Assembly (NCBI GenBank): GCA_041751075.1
Contig: JBGSYE010000717.1
Coordinates: 1-30,632 of the forward strand
Length of the DNA: 30,632 bases
Direction of reading: 5' to 3'
DNA from: Chthoniobacteraceae bacterium
Lineage (GTDB): Bacteria; Verrucomicrobiota; Verrucomicrobiia; Chthoniobacterales; Chthoniobacteraceae
The translations under genes and the position numbers were made by a program. The notes beneath the pieces are model-generated. The model was not told where the DNA came from and did no database searches. It saw only the letters and a list, made by a program, of their open reading frames with translations. Positions 8,716 through 17,791 of the stretch are shown here, one piece after another. Positions within the stretch are counted from its first letter, which is position 1; each line of letters begins with the position of its first letter.

Positions 8716-9896
8716 TTGCTTTTTTTCTTCTTTGTTTCGGCGACGAAGTCCCCGACGCGCTCCATCGCCACCTTGATCTGATCGAGACTCGTGGCGTAGC
8801 AGCAGCGGACGAAACCCTGACCGCTCTGTCCGAAGGCTTCGCCGGGCACGCACGCGACTTTTTTCTGCTGCAGGAGGCCGAGCGAAAACTCGCGGCTCGT
8901 CAGCCCGGTGCTGGAGATGTCCGGGAAGATGTAAAATGCGCCCACGGGTTTGTGGCAGGGGAGGCCGAGATCGTTGAAGGCTTTCACGATGTAGTTGCGC
9001 CGCACTTCGTACTCCTTGCGCATCGCCTCGACGCCGCGCGCTCCGTGTTCGAGCGCCTCGATCGCGGCGTCCTGCGCCATCACCGCGGCGCAAAGGATCG
9101 AGTATTGGTGGATCTTCATCATCGCATCGGTGAGCGGGGCCGGGGCGCAGGCGTAGCCGATCCGCCAGCCCGTCATCGCAAATGCTTTGGAAAAGCCGTG
9201 CAGAAAGACAGTGCGCTCCCGCATTCCCGGCAGCGATGCGATGCTGACGTGCTCGGCTTTGTCATACGTCAGCTCGCTGTAGATCTCGTCGGTGAGCACG
9301 ACGAGATCGTGGTCGATCGCGAGGCGCGCGATCTTCTCCAACTCCGCGCGGGTCTGCGTCGCGCCGGTCGGGTTGCAAGGAAAGTTGAGCATCAAGACCT
9401 TCGACTTGGCGGTGATCCTTGCCGCGAGCGCCTCGGCGGTGAGACGGAAACTATCCGTCGCATGAGTGGCGATCGCCACGGGAACGCCGTGCGACATCAC
9501 CACGGTCGGCGAATAGCTCACGTAGCACGGCTCATGGTAGAGCACCTCGTCGCCGGGGTTGATCAGCGCCCGCAGGATGAGGTCCAGCGCCTCGCTGACG
9601 CCGACGGTGATGATGACTTCCGTGCGCGGGTCGTAGGCGACGCCGAAGTGCTTGTGGACGTAGCGGCAGATGGAACTGCGCAGCTCGGGCAGGCCGAGGT
9701 TCGAGGTGTAGTGGGTGCGCCCGTGTTCGAGCGAGTAGATGGCCGCCTCGCGGATGTGCCACGGGGTGTCGAAGTCCGGCTCGCCTACGCCGAGGGAGAT
9801 GACTTCTTTCTCCTGCGCCACGATGTCGAAGAATTCGCGGATGCCGGATTTGGGAATGTCGCGCACGTGAGCCGCGACGCGTTTGTTGAGATTCAT
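8712..9896 (-). CDS. PLP-dependent class I/II aminotransferase
   Basis: ISLGVGEPDF, YTSNLGLPELR, NFPCNPTG, DEIY, GFSKAFAMTGWRIGY (PLP lysine), GAFY, VPGEAFG, VRCCYA. Confidence 0.95.
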   Translation of the reverse strand: MNLNKRVAAHVRDIPKSGIREFFDIVAQEKEVISLGVGEPDFDTPWHIREAAIYSLEHGRTHYTSNLGLPELRSSICRYVHKHFGVAYDPRTEVIITVGVSEALDLILRALINPGDEVLYHEPCYVSYSPTVVMSHGVPVAIATHATDSFRLTAEALAARITAKSKVLMLNFPCNPTGATQTRAELEKIARLAIDHDLVVLTDEIYSELTYDKAEHVSIASLPGMRERTVFLHGFSKAFAMTGWRIGYACAPAPLTDAMMKIHQYSILCAAVMAQDAAIEALEHGARGVEAMRKEYEVRRNYIVKAFNDLGLPCHKPVGAFYIFPDISSTGLTSREFSLGLLQQKKVACVPGEAFGQSGQGFVRCCYATSLDQIKVAMERVGDFVAETKKKKSK

Positions 9897-9913
9897 TGGG
9901 AGTTCAGATCGAG

Positions 9914-10050
9914 AGATTTCAGATTTCAGATTGGAAAGCGGCAGCGAGAGCGCCGCGTCTACTCCGCGAGCAAGGGATGAACGAGCCGCGAAGAGACGCG
10001 GCTATCGGGCTCGGGCCGCCGAAATCTGCAATCTGCAATCTGCAATCTGG
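9914..10050. repeat. Heptamer-array inverted-repeat element
   Basis: AGATTTC AGATTTC AGATTGG (9914-9934) facing GAAATCT GCAATCT GCAATCT GCAATCT (10021-10048). Confidence 0.8.
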
Positions 10051-10057
10051 AAGCCCT

Positions 10058-10537
10058 TCATGGCGTCACCGCGAGCCGATCTGGCTTCGCATCCTTCGTC
10101 AGCGTCACGCCGTTCTCCTTGTAGCTCTTTAGCCGGAAGCGCGTGGCCGTCGAGATGACCCCTTTGATCGTGCTCAGCTTTTCGGAGATGAACGACGCCA
10201 CGTCCTGCAAAGTATTTCCCTCGACCACGACGAGCAGATCGTAGCCGCCGCTCATCAGGTAGCAGCTCTGCACCTCGCTGAAGCGCGCGATCCGATTTGA
10301 GAGCCGGTCGAACCCTCCGCCACGCTCCGGCGTGATGCGCACCTCGACGCAGGCGACGACCTTTTGCGCCGCGGTCTTCGAGAGATCGACGATCGCCTGA
10401 TACCCGAGCAGCACGCCCGCCGCCTCGAGTTCGGCGATCCGTTTCGCCACCTCCTTCGGCGTCGTATTGAGCTCCGCCGCGAGTGTCTCGATCGACGCGC
10501 GGGCGTTCTGGCGCAGGAGGTTGAGGAGTTCGTCCAT
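10058..10537 (-). CDS. Lrp/AsnC family transcriptional regulator
   Basis: Start MDELLNLLRQNAR; HTH with RIAELEAAGVLLGY; RAM domain EVRITPERGGGFDRLSNRIARFSEVQSCYLMSGGYDL; upstream of an aminotransferase. Confidence 0.93.
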   Translation of the reverse strand: MDELLNLLRQNARASIETLAAELNTTPKEVAKRIAELEAAGVLLGYQAIVDLSKTAAQKVVACVEVRITPERGGGFDRLSNRIARFSEVQSCYLMSGGYDLLVVVEGNTLQDVASFISEKLSTIKGVISTATRFRLKSYKENGVTLTKDAKPDRLAVTP

Positions 10538-10579
10538 GGATTGAAAAGGGCGGCGAGCATACACGGGCACCGCAGCGGG

Positions 10580-11056
10580 TCAGCGAAAATTTTCCCGGGC
10601 TGTGACGCGCAGCACACCATCGCTCAAGATCTTTGCGCGCAAGCCGCCGCGACCGCGCAGCGCCTCCTCCGTCCCCGGTGCAAAAGCCTGGTCCTGCCAT
10701 TCACAAGGCGAGCACTCCGCGACGCCGAGGAATCGCACACCCTGAATCTCAAACTCCTGACCGATCAGTGAATTCAGATCGACGCCGCTCGTGATCACAT
10801 TGCGCCGGAAGGCCGACGGCGGCTTGTCCCGCACGTCGAAGCGCGCGCACAGCTCCTCGTAGATTTCCTGCGCGAAGAAAGTGATCTGCCCCTTGTAATC
10901 CGGCTTGAAATCGAGGAAGCGGTCGCCCTCGATCCCGCGTCCCGCGAGGCATCTCACCTCGCGCTGCTCGACCGTGGCGTTCGTTCCGGCCGACTGCCCG
11001 TGGTGCCCGAAGAAATTGTGACCCGTTGAAAGGTACAGATGCTCAATGCGAATCAT
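10580..11056 (-). CDS. MOSC domain protein
   Basis: GRGIEGDRF, QITFF, FRRNVITSGVDLNSLIGQEFEIQGV, conserved PC (CSPCEW), GRGGLRAKILSDG. Confidence 0.88.
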   Translation of the reverse strand: MIRIEHLYLSTGHNFFGHHGQSAGTNATVEQREVRCLAGRGIEGDRFLDFKPDYKGQITFFAQEIYEELCARFDVRDKPPSAFRRNVITSGVDLNSLIGQEFEIQGVRFLGVAECSPCEWQDQAFAPGTEEALRGRGGLRAKILSDGVLRVTARENFR

Positions 11057-11065
11057 GGAGGAAGC

Positions 11066-11147
11066 GTAGAGCGAGTGTGCCTTCAAGGCCACTCGCTGTG
11101 TGCGCGACCCCGGATAGCGAGTGGCCCTAAAGGCACACTCGCTCTAC
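11066..11147. repeat. REP doublet, family A (GTAG-tagged)
   Basis: GTAGAGCGAGTGTGCCTTCAAGGCCACTCGCT ... AGCGAGTGGCCCTAAAGGCACACTCGCTCTAC; the terminal TAG is the methyltransferase stop codon. Confidence 0.9.
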
Positions 11148-12175
11148 GGCTTGCGCGCGAGAATAAATCCGCGCGCCACCGTCGTCGTCTGCTGATCGAG
11201 CCACTCGAAATCGAGTTCATTCAGATAGGTGCGCATTTCTCCGAGCGAGTAGCATTTCCCCTCGGTGATCTGCATGAGCAGCGCGGAATACTCCGCAACA
11301 TGGAGCGGCCCGGTCTTCTCCGCATTGATGAAAGCGTCGTGGATGAGCAGCAGTCCGCCGGAGGGCAGCGCTGCGTGCGACTTTGCGAGGAGATCGCGCA
11401 CCACGGGCTCCTCCCAGTCGTGCAGCACATTCGAGATGAGATGCACGTCATAGCCCGCGGGCCAGGCGTCCTTGAACATATCGCCGGCGATCACGCTTAC
11501 CCGCTCGCTGCACTCCTGCCGCGCGATGGCCTCCCGGGCGATTCGATCCACTGGTGGCTTCTCAAAGACAGCGGCCCGCAGATGCGGATGCTGCACCGCT
11601 AGCGCACAGGCATAAATGCCCGAGCCGCCCGCCACATCGAGCAGTGCCGTGCTCGAGGAAAGATCCACCTTTCGCGCGAGCGCCGGCCCGAGCAGCACGC
11701 CGCGGCAATCCATCGCCGCCGTGAACTGCGTCGCGAAATCCTCGCGCTCCATGGCCTGCGCCCATGCCTGCGGGTCATAACTGCCCCAGTTTGCGGGCTT
11801 CCCGGTGCGCAGCACCTTCAGCATGTCGAGCGTCTGCGGACGGTCCTTCATCGACGCGTAATACGGCGCGAGATTCCATGGCGAGGACTTCACCAGATGC
11901 TCCCGGGCCCGCAGCGTGACGTGGAAACAGCCGCCCGCGGTGGTCACGAGTTTCATCGCCGTGAAGAGCGTCATCATCACGTCCGCAGGCCGCGGATGGA
12001 TCTCAAACTGCGCGCAGATCGCGCCGACGGTCGCAGGGTGCTCCGCGAGCCAGGTGAAAAAATCGAGATGCGCGACCGCCGCGCCGAGCAGATCGACCGA
12101 CACGATGGCGTCGCGGTAGCGGTAGAGATCGGCCGGGTCGGTGGCGGGGAGATCGGTGAAGTGGCGGAGGGGCAT
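11144..12175 (-). CDS. SAM-dependent methyltransferase (Methyltransf_2 type with dimerisation domain)
   Basis: Start MPLRHFTDLP; LLDVAGGSGIY SAM motif, AGDMF, SNVLHDW, LPSGGLLLIHD. Confidence 0.9.
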   Translation of the reverse strand: MPLRHFTDLPATDPADLYRYRDAIVSVDLLGAAVAHLDFFTWLAEHPATVGAICAQFEIHPRPADVMMTLFTAMKLVTTAGGCFHVTLRAREHLVKSSPWNLAPYYASMKDRPQTLDMLKVLRTGKPANWGSYDPQAWAQAMEREDFATQFTAAMDCRGVLLGPALARKVDLSSSTALLDVAGGSGIYACALAVQHPHLRAAVFEKPPVDRIAREAIARQECSERVSVIAGDMFKDAWPAGYDVHLISNVLHDWEEPVVRDLLAKSHAALPSGGLLLIHDAFINAEKTGPLHVAEYSALLMQITEGKCYSLGEMRTYLNELDFEWLDQQTTTVARGFILARKP

Positions 12176-12188
12176 GGGAGGGAGGGTG

Positions 12189-12291
12189 AACATCCAACAT
12201 TCAACATCCAACACCCAACATCCGATGACTCATTCCTGCCGCTCCGCGTCTTCATCGAATCTTGAATGTTGGATGTTGGATGTTGAATGTT
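12189..12291. repeat. Heptamer-array inverted-repeat element
   Basis: Five AACATCC-like units (12189-12223) facing GAATGTT GGATGTT GGATGTT GAATGTT (12264-12291). Confidence 0.9.
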
Positions 12292-12297
12292 TCCGCC

Positions 12298-12666
12298 ATG
12301 AAATTCCTCCCGACCCTGCTCGCCCTCGCCATGCTCACCGCCTCCTCGCTCGCCGCCGACGGCCCCATTCGGCACGTCGTCCACTTCAAATTCAAAGCCG
12401 ACGCCAAACCCGATCAGATCGCCAATGTCGTGAAAGAATTCGCGGCGTTGAAGGGGAAGATCGGTGCGGTGGAGTCACTGGAGTGGGGGACCGATGTGAG
12501 CCCGGAGGGTCTGAGCAAAGGCTTCACGCACTGCTGGATCGTCACCTTCAAGAATGCCGCCGACCGGGACACCTATCTCAAGCACCCGGACCACACCGCC
12601 TTCGTCGCGATCCTCAAGCCCGTGCTCGAAGAGGCGCTCGTGGTTGATTTCGTGCCGCAGAAGTAA
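12298..12666 (+). CDS. Dabb (stress-responsive alpha/beta barrel) family protein with signal peptide
   Basis: MKFLPTLLALAML signal; IRHVVHFKFK, EWGTDVSPEGLSKGFTH..VTF...DRDTYLKHPDH. Confidence 0.92.
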   Translation: MKFLPTLLALAMLTASSLAADGPIRHVVHFKFKADAKPDQIANVVKEFAALKGKIGAVESLEWGTDVSPEGLSKGFTHCWIVTFKNAADRDTYLKHPDHTAFVAILKPVLEEALVVDFVPQK

Positions 12667-14040
12667 TCAGCGTCCGAGGTCGTAACAGACCAGCCAGTTT
12701 TCGTCGCGGAGGTAGAGGCGCTTGTCGGCGAGGACGGGAGCGGCCCAGCACGGGTAGCTGAGCTTCGGCACCTGGAAGCGCGCGAGTTCCTCGAGCTTCT
12801 CGGGATTTGCGCGGAAGAGTCCGAGCAGTCCGGCTTCTCCGAGCGCGATCAGTTTCCCGTCCGCGAGGATGGCGCTGCCGCGGCCAAAGACCTTGGGTTC
12901 GCTGCCGGGCTCGACTTTGCCGTGGCCGCCATTGGGCCAGCCTTCATTGCGATCCCACTTCACCTTGCCCGTGGCGTACTCCACGCAGCGAAAATGCGCA
13001 TCGGGTTCGTTGCGTCCGGTGAAGGCGTAGAGATGTCCGCCGGTGAGCACGGGGCGCGTCCAGTGGATCTCGAGTTGCGTGCCGGCCCACACGTCATCGA
13101 CGCCCTTTCCATCGGGCCGCACGCGCAGCAGCACGGAGCCGCCACGATAGTAGGCGGTGGAGAGGAAGATCGTGTCGCCATCCACGACGGGCGTCATCGC
13201 ATTCACCGACGAATCATGCCGCACGCGGAACCAGCGGGAGAAATGGTGCCGCCCTGTCTTCGGATCGAGCGAGACGAGGCCCTGGCGGGTGACGGTGAGC
13301 AGGTGGCGCTTTCCGTGAAACGTGGCGAGCACCGGAGTGCAGTAGCTCGCCTGCATGGCAAATGCCGGATCGGCGCGGCTCCAGGTTACGAGACGTTCGC
13401 CGGGCCAGCCGATCATTGGCAGTCCGGTCCAGGTGCGTTCGCCGCCATTCATCCAGAGAGTGCGTCCGGTATTTGCGTCAAAGGCGACGACGGCGGCATT
13501 CGGTTGCCCGCCGACTTGCACGAAGACGATCCCGTCCTCCAGCACGGGCGAACTTCCCGCGCCAAAGAACGCCTCGGGCACTTCAAACTCCCGGCCAGTA
13601 TTGCGCCGCCAGATTTCTTTGCCCGTGGCGAAGTCGAGGCAGCACAGCACGCCCTCCGCGCCGAGTGTGTAGCAGCGATCGGGAGTGAGCAGCGGAGTGC
13701 AGCGCGGGCCGTTGTTGAAGCCGAAGGGATCGCGATACGACGAGGGATACTCGTGCTTCCATTTCGCCGCGCCAGTGGCCGCGTCGCAGGCTTCGACGAT
13801 CTCCTTGTCGCCCACACGATGATGAAGGACGAGCACGCCGTCGCGCACGGATGGCGCGCTGTAGCCGGTGCCGACTTGCCTTTCAAAGACGAGTTTCGGG
13901 CCAGTGCTCGGGAAGGTGTCGAGGAGCCCAGTCTCGGTGGAGATCTGATCGCGCGTGGGGCCCATGAACTCCGGCCAGTCCGCAGCGTGGATCAGTGGCG
14001 ACGCGGCGAGGAGCGCGGAGAGGAAGGTGCGGGCGAGCAT
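12667..14040 (-). CDS. PQQ-binding-like beta-propeller repeat protein, exported
   Basis: Signal peptide then DWPEFMGPTRD; GYSAP, GPRCTP, DFATGKEIWR, SSPV, SYCTPV, TGKVKW, WAAPVLADKRLYLRD. Confidence 0.9.
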   Translation of the reverse strand: MLARTFLSALLAASPLIHAADWPEFMGPTRDQISTETGLLDTFPSTGPKLVFERQVGTGYSAPSVRDGVLVLHHRVGDKEIVEACDAATGAAKWKHEYPSSYRDPFGFNNGPRCTPLLTPDRCYTLGAEGVLCCLDFATGKEIWRRNTGREFEVPEAFFGAGSSPVLEDGIVFVQVGGQPNAAVVAFDANTGRTLWMNGGERTWTGLPMIGWPGERLVTWSRADPAFAMQASYCTPVLATFHGKRHLLTVTRQGLVSLDPKTGRHHFSRWFRVRHDSSVNAMTPVVDGDTIFLSTAYYRGGSVLLRVRPDGKGVDDVWAGTQLEIHWTRPVLTGGHLYAFTGRNEPDAHFRCVEYATGKVKWDRNEGWPNGGHGKVEPGSEPKVFGRGSAILADGKLIALGEAGLLGLFRANPEKLEELARFQVPKLSYPCWAAPVLADKRLYLRDENWLVCYDLGR

Positions 14041-14083
14041 GGAGCCGAGTGTGGGAAGTGAAGCGGCGCGTGGCAAATGTTCC

Positions 14084-14264
14084 GGTACCATACGCGTCAC
14101 GCGTGTGGGTCGCCGCGTCCCGCGGCGACGAATGAGCAAGAGTTCCGTGCCAGGGGACACTCCGGAGCTGTCTGCGGGTGCGGAGCTTCTTGCCGGGAAT
14201 TGACGGCTTCGGAAGCTCGTTTCGGCGGGACGCCGAAACCAACACGCGAGACGCGTATGGTACC
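14084..14264. repeat. Long inverted-repeat element (REP doublet, family D)
   Basis: GGTACCATACGCGTCACGCGTGTGGGTCGCCGCGTCCCGCGGCGACG versus reverse complement of the right arm, GGTACCATACGCGTCTCGCGTGTTGGTTTCGGCGTCCCGCCGAAACG. Confidence 0.88.
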
Positions 14265-14269
14265 CGGAG

Positions 14270-14938
14270 CTACCGTCCCGCAGGCGGTGTGCTCGTGCGG
14301 AATTGCGGGACTCCGCTCGGCTGCGCCGGTGCGCCGGTCATCTTGCTCGCGAGTTGCAGACGCGCCTTGGCGACCGGGAGCATCTGGCTGACGAAGTTTT
14401 TGATGTCGGGATCCTGCGAATTGGAGCCGGCTTCGTAAGCGCTGACGGCGAGCCGATTCACGGCAAGCAGTTGATCGAGCACCGCCTTGTCGAACTTCAG
14501 CCCATCGAGTGTTTCGAGTTCGCCAACCAATTTCGACCGCACCGCCGCCACGTCGCTAGGGACTGGGACGCCCTTGCGCGCGGCGAGCATTCCGAGCTGC
14601 TCATTCTCCTCGGCCTGTGTGCTCGCGAGCGTGGCGCCGAGCTTTCGCACATGCTCGGTCTGGCCTTTGGACTTTGCGAGTTCGCCCAGATACGCCTGGA
14701 GCAGGCCCGCTTCGGAGGCATTGCGGAGGAAGCGCAGATCGAGGCCGCCGATGTCACTCGATAGGAGCTTCCCGCTGTCACCTGATGGCGTTCCGCCGGG
14801 TGGATGCATCTGGATGATGCCGGGATACGAGCGCGCCTTCGGACTCGATTTCTTCGGCGCGGCAGCGGCACCCGCGGAGAGCGCGCACGAAGCGCTGAGG
14901 AGGAGCGGGAGGAATTTCAAGAGGCGAAGGAACCACAT
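14270..14938 (-). CDS. DUF4142 (ferritin-like) exported protein
   Basis: Hydrophobic signal; DLRFLRNASEAGLLQAYLGELA, LDGLKFDKA, DPDIKNFVSQMLP. The start is uncertain (ATG 14938 or TTG 14920). Confidence 0.8.
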   Translation of the reverse strand: MWFLRLLKFLPLLLSASCALSAGAAAAPKKSSPKARSYPGIIQMHPPGGTPSGDSGKLLSSDIGGLDLRFLRNASEAGLLQAYLGELAKSKGQTEHVRKLGATLASTQAEENEQLGMLAARKGVPVPSDVAAVRSKLVGELETLDGLKFDKAVLDQLLAVNRLAVSAYEAGSNSQDPDIKNFVSQMLPVAKARLQLASKMTGAPAQPSGVPQFRTSTPPAGR

Positions 14939-14946
14939 CCAGCCCA

Positions 14947-15027
14947 GTAGAGCGAGCATGCCTTTGACGCTGCTCGCGCTACCTGCGCGCCGAATTGCGA
15001 GCAGCCTGGACGGCATGCTCGCGCTAC
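14947..15027. repeat. REP doublet, family A
   Basis: GTAGAGCGAGCATGCC..TGCTCGC ... GCGAGCAGCC..GGCATGCTCGCGCTAC; contains the gatB TAG stop. Confidence 0.88.
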
Positions 15028-16475
15028 GTCAGCAGCCGCGCGAGGATCTCGGCGACGACCGCGGGGTTCGCCTTCCCATGGGAGAGCTTCATCACCTGGC
15101 CTTTCACGGCATTGATCGCCTGCACCTTGCCGGCCTTGTACTCGGCCACGGCCTTCGGGTTCGCCGCGATCGCCTGCACGCACATCGCCTCGATCGCGCC
15201 GGTGTCGCTCTCCTGCACGAGCCCCTTCTCCTGCACGATCTGCGCGGCGGCTTTGCCCGTCGCAAACATCTCGGCGAAGACCGTCTTGGCCTGCGAGGTG
15301 TTGATCTTGCCGTCGTCAATGAAGTTCACGAGCTCATCGAGCGCGTGCGCGGAGATCGGGCAATGCACGATCGTCTTTTCCGCAACCGTGAGCGCGCTGA
15401 GCAGGTCGTTGATGACCCAGTTCGCGACGGTCTTCGGCTTGCGGGCGCCTTTCGCGGCGGCGTCGAAGTATTCCGCAAGCGGGTTTTCGCTCGCGAGCAC
15501 GCTGGCGTCGTAGGCGGTCACGCCGAAATCGCGGACGAAGCGGTCCCGCTTTTCACCCGGCAACTCCGGCCGGCGCGAGCGCACCTCTGGCATGAAGCCG
15601 GTGGTCTTCACCGGGATCAGATCGGGGTCGGGAAAATAACGGTAGTCGTGCGAGGATTCCTTCACCCGCATCTGGAAGGTCTTGCCGCTGGCGTCGTCCC
15701 ACCGGCGCGTGGATTGGATGAGCGTCTCCCCGCGCTGCGCCGCATCCGTCTGGCGCTCGATCTCGTGCGCCAGCGCGCGCCGCACGCCGCTGATCGAGTT
15801 CATATTCTTGATCTCGATCTTCACGCCGAGCTCGCTCGTGCCCTCGGGGCGCACGCTCACATTGCAATCGCAACGGAGCTGGCCCTTCTCCATGTCCGCA
15901 TCGCTCACTCCGCCGTAGATGAGGATCTGCTGGAGCGAAGTGAGATACGCGAAGGCTTCCTCCGGCGTCTCGATTTCCGGCTCGCTCACGATCTCCATCA
16001 GCGGCGTGCCGGCGCGGTTGAAGTCGATCCCGGTGCAGGTTTCGAAGTGCTGCGACTTCGCCACATCTTCCTCGAGATGGATGCGTGTGAGCCGCACGCT
16101 TTTGCCCGGATGCGCGATGCTTTTCTGCGCGTCCTTCGGATACGCAAAGTCGTGCAGCGGCACCGCGCCGCCGACGCAGATTGGCCGGTCGAATTGCGTG
16201 ATCTGGTAGTTCTTCGGCATGTCCGGATAGAAGTAATTCTTCCGATCGAATTTGCAGACCTCCGGGATGTCGCAACCGAGCATCAGCCCCGCGAGTGCGC
16301 TCATCTTGAGCGCCTCCTCATTCATCACAGGCAGCGCGCCCGGGAAGCCGAGACACACGGGGCAGGTGTGCGAGTTCGGCGGCGCGCCGTACTCAACGGG
16401 ACACGCGCAAAACATCTTGCTGCGAGTCTTAAGCTGGACGTGGACCTCGAGACCGATGGTGGGGATGAAAGTCAT
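15024..16475 (-). CDS. gatB: Asp-tRNA(Asn)/Glu-tRNA(Gln) amidotransferase subunit B
   Basis: IGLEVHVQL, CPVCLGFPGALP, FDRKNYFYPD.PKNYQITQ, RIHLEED, DFNRAGTPLMEIV, RCDCNVSVR, EIKNMNS, YRYFPDPDL, YqeY-like tail. Start MTFIPT at 16475. Confidence 0.98.
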   Translation of the reverse strand: MTFIPTIGLEVHVQLKTRSKMFCACPVEYGAPPNSHTCPVCLGFPGALPVMNEEALKMSALAGLMLGCDIPEVCKFDRKNYFYPDMPKNYQITQFDRPICVGGAVPLHDFAYPKDAQKSIAHPGKSVRLTRIHLEEDVAKSQHFETCTGIDFNRAGTPLMEIVSEPEIETPEEAFAYLTSLQQILIYGGVSDADMEKGQLRCDCNVSVRPEGTSELGVKIEIKNMNSISGVRRALAHEIERQTDAAQRGETLIQSTRRWDDASGKTFQMRVKESSHDYRYFPDPDLIPVKTTGFMPEVRSRRPELPGEKRDRFVRDFGVTAYDASVLASENPLAEYFDAAAKGARKPKTVANWVINDLLSALTVAEKTIVHCPISAHALDELVNFIDDGKINTSQAKTVFAEMFATGKAAAQIVQEKGLVQESDTGAIEAMCVQAIAANPKAVAEYKAGKVQAINAVKGQVMKLSHGKANPAVVAEILARLLT

Positions 16476-16526
16476 GGCGCACCCTTTTCCTCCGCCGCAC
16501 GGTGGAGGGCAAGAGCGCAGACGGAT

Positions 16527-16630
16527 CCACGGAAGACACGGAATGGCACGGAAGGAAAGGCGTTCGGAAATGCGAGTGGCGCCGCGTATCGCCATTCCAG
16601 ACTTTCCGTGACATTCCGTGTCTTCCGTGG
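16527..16630. repeat. CACGGAA-unit inverted-repeat element
   Basis: C CACGGAA GA CACGGAA TGG CACGGAA facing TTCCGTG ACA TTCCGTG TC TTCCGTG G; 27-bp inverted repeat with one mismatch. Confidence 0.9.
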
Positions 16631-16676
16631 ACATCACTCCCGCACAGCGAGACGCGCCGCGGACGCTGCTCTGCTC

Positions 16677-17156
16677 CTATTCCTTCCGCTGAAAGAGCGA
16701 CTGGACGTTCGTCGCGTCGAGATCGCTGAGGTCGAGGCTCAAGGCGCCATCGCGCGCCGCTGCAATTTGGATCCGTTCGTTGAGCGCACGCGCCGCGGGA
16801 GCGGCAAAGTATTTCATCGAGCCCACCGTCACATGAGTGGGGAAGACCAGCACGAGCAGCGAGTTTTCATCCACGTTCAGCATCAGCGTGGAGAAATTCT
16901 CCCCTTGCTGGTACATGCTCGCGAAGTTCGACTCGCCGACCAGCGAAGCCATGAACTGCACGGCGTTGTAAGCATTCGAGCCGAGGGTGGCGAAGGTCGT
17001 GGTATCGACCTGCCCCGTGCCGCCAGCCTCGTGGATGAGGTAGCCGGCTTTTTCCACGAGGAGCGCGAGGCTGGCCTCGCTGCGTTCGAGCAGCTCGCGC
17101 AGCAGCGCATCGACGTGATCCACGTCTTCCTGATTGAGTTGAGGAAACTGGCCCAT
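16677..17156 (-). CDS. mglB: MglB-like roadblock/LC7 protein (GAP for MglA)
   Basis: LLVEKAGYLIHEAG, DTTTFATL, LVGESNF...QGENFS and a C-terminal helix LSDLDATNVQSLF. Co-linear with Myxococcus MglB as I recall it, and adjacent to mglA. Confidence 0.9.
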   Translation of the reverse strand: MGQFPQLNQEDVDHVDALLRELLERSEASLALLVEKAGYLIHEAGGTGQVDTTTFATLGSNAYNAVQFMASLVGESNFASMYQQGENFSTLMLNVDENSLLVLVFPTHVTVGSMKYFAAPAARALNERIQIAAARDGALSLDLSDLDATNVQSLFQRKE

Positions 17157-17168
17157 GATGGCTCGGGG

Positions 17169-17780
17169 TTACTTCCGGACGCCGTCGTTGAGGAACTTAT
17201 TGAGCAACATCCGCGTGATCATGTTCAGCGTCTCGAACACGCCCTCAGTCTTGCTCGCCGCAGCTTCAAACGAGGGCATCTGGGTCTCGCGATTGTTCAG
17301 CACGTACTCGAGATACTCCACCGGCGCGACGTCGGGGAGGTCGCGCTTGTTGTACTGCATCACGCACGGGATGTCCTCGAAGTTGATGTTCAGCGACTTC
17401 AGATTGTCCTGCAGGTGCTGGAAGGTCTCTATGTTCTCCTCCATCTTTTCGTAGCGGCTGTCGGCGACGAAAACGATGCCGTCCACTCCGCGGAGCACGA
17501 TCTGGCGTGTCGCGTTGTAGATCACCTGACCGGGCACGGTGAAGAGCGCGAACTTGGTCTTGAAACCTTTGATCGCGACCGCTTCGAGCGGGAAGAAATC
17601 GAAGAACAGCGTGCGGTCGCTCGAGGTTGCGAGCGAGGTCAGCTTGCCCTTGGCGTCCTGATTCGGCACCTGCACGTTCGCGTGCACCTGTTCGAGGTTG
17701 GTCGTCTTTCCGCTCTTGGCAGGACCGTAATAGACGATCTTTACCTGCAGCTCTTTGGTGGCTTGGTTGATGATGGCCAT
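17169..17780 (-). CDS. mglA: MglA-family small Ras-like GTPase
   Basis: Start MAIINQATKELQVKIVYYGPAKSGKTTNL (G1), DRTLFFDF (intrinsic Arg finger), TVPGQ (G3, catalytic Gln), LRGVDGIVFVADS, QYNKRDL (G4). Confidence 0.96.
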   Translation of the reverse strand: MAIINQATKELQVKIVYYGPAKSGKTTNLEQVHANVQVPNQDAKGKLTSLATSSDRTLFFDFFPLEAVAIKGFKTKFALFTVPGQVIYNATRQIVLRGVDGIVFVADSRYEKMEENIETFQHLQDNLKSLNINFEDIPCVMQYNKRDLPDVAPVEYLEYVLNNRETQMPSFEAAASKTEGVFETLNMITRMLLNKFLNDGVRK

Positions 17781-17791
17781 GGGCGTATGGA

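Noticed and set aside
12667-14040. PQQ-dependent dehydrogenase
   Set aside because: Only generic propeller repeats are visible; no quinoprotein catalytic motifs and no pqq genes.
15024-17156. Functional link between mglB and gatB
   Set aside because: They are co-oriented but separated by ~200 nt containing a repeat element; gatB is housekeeping and nothing supports a shared function.
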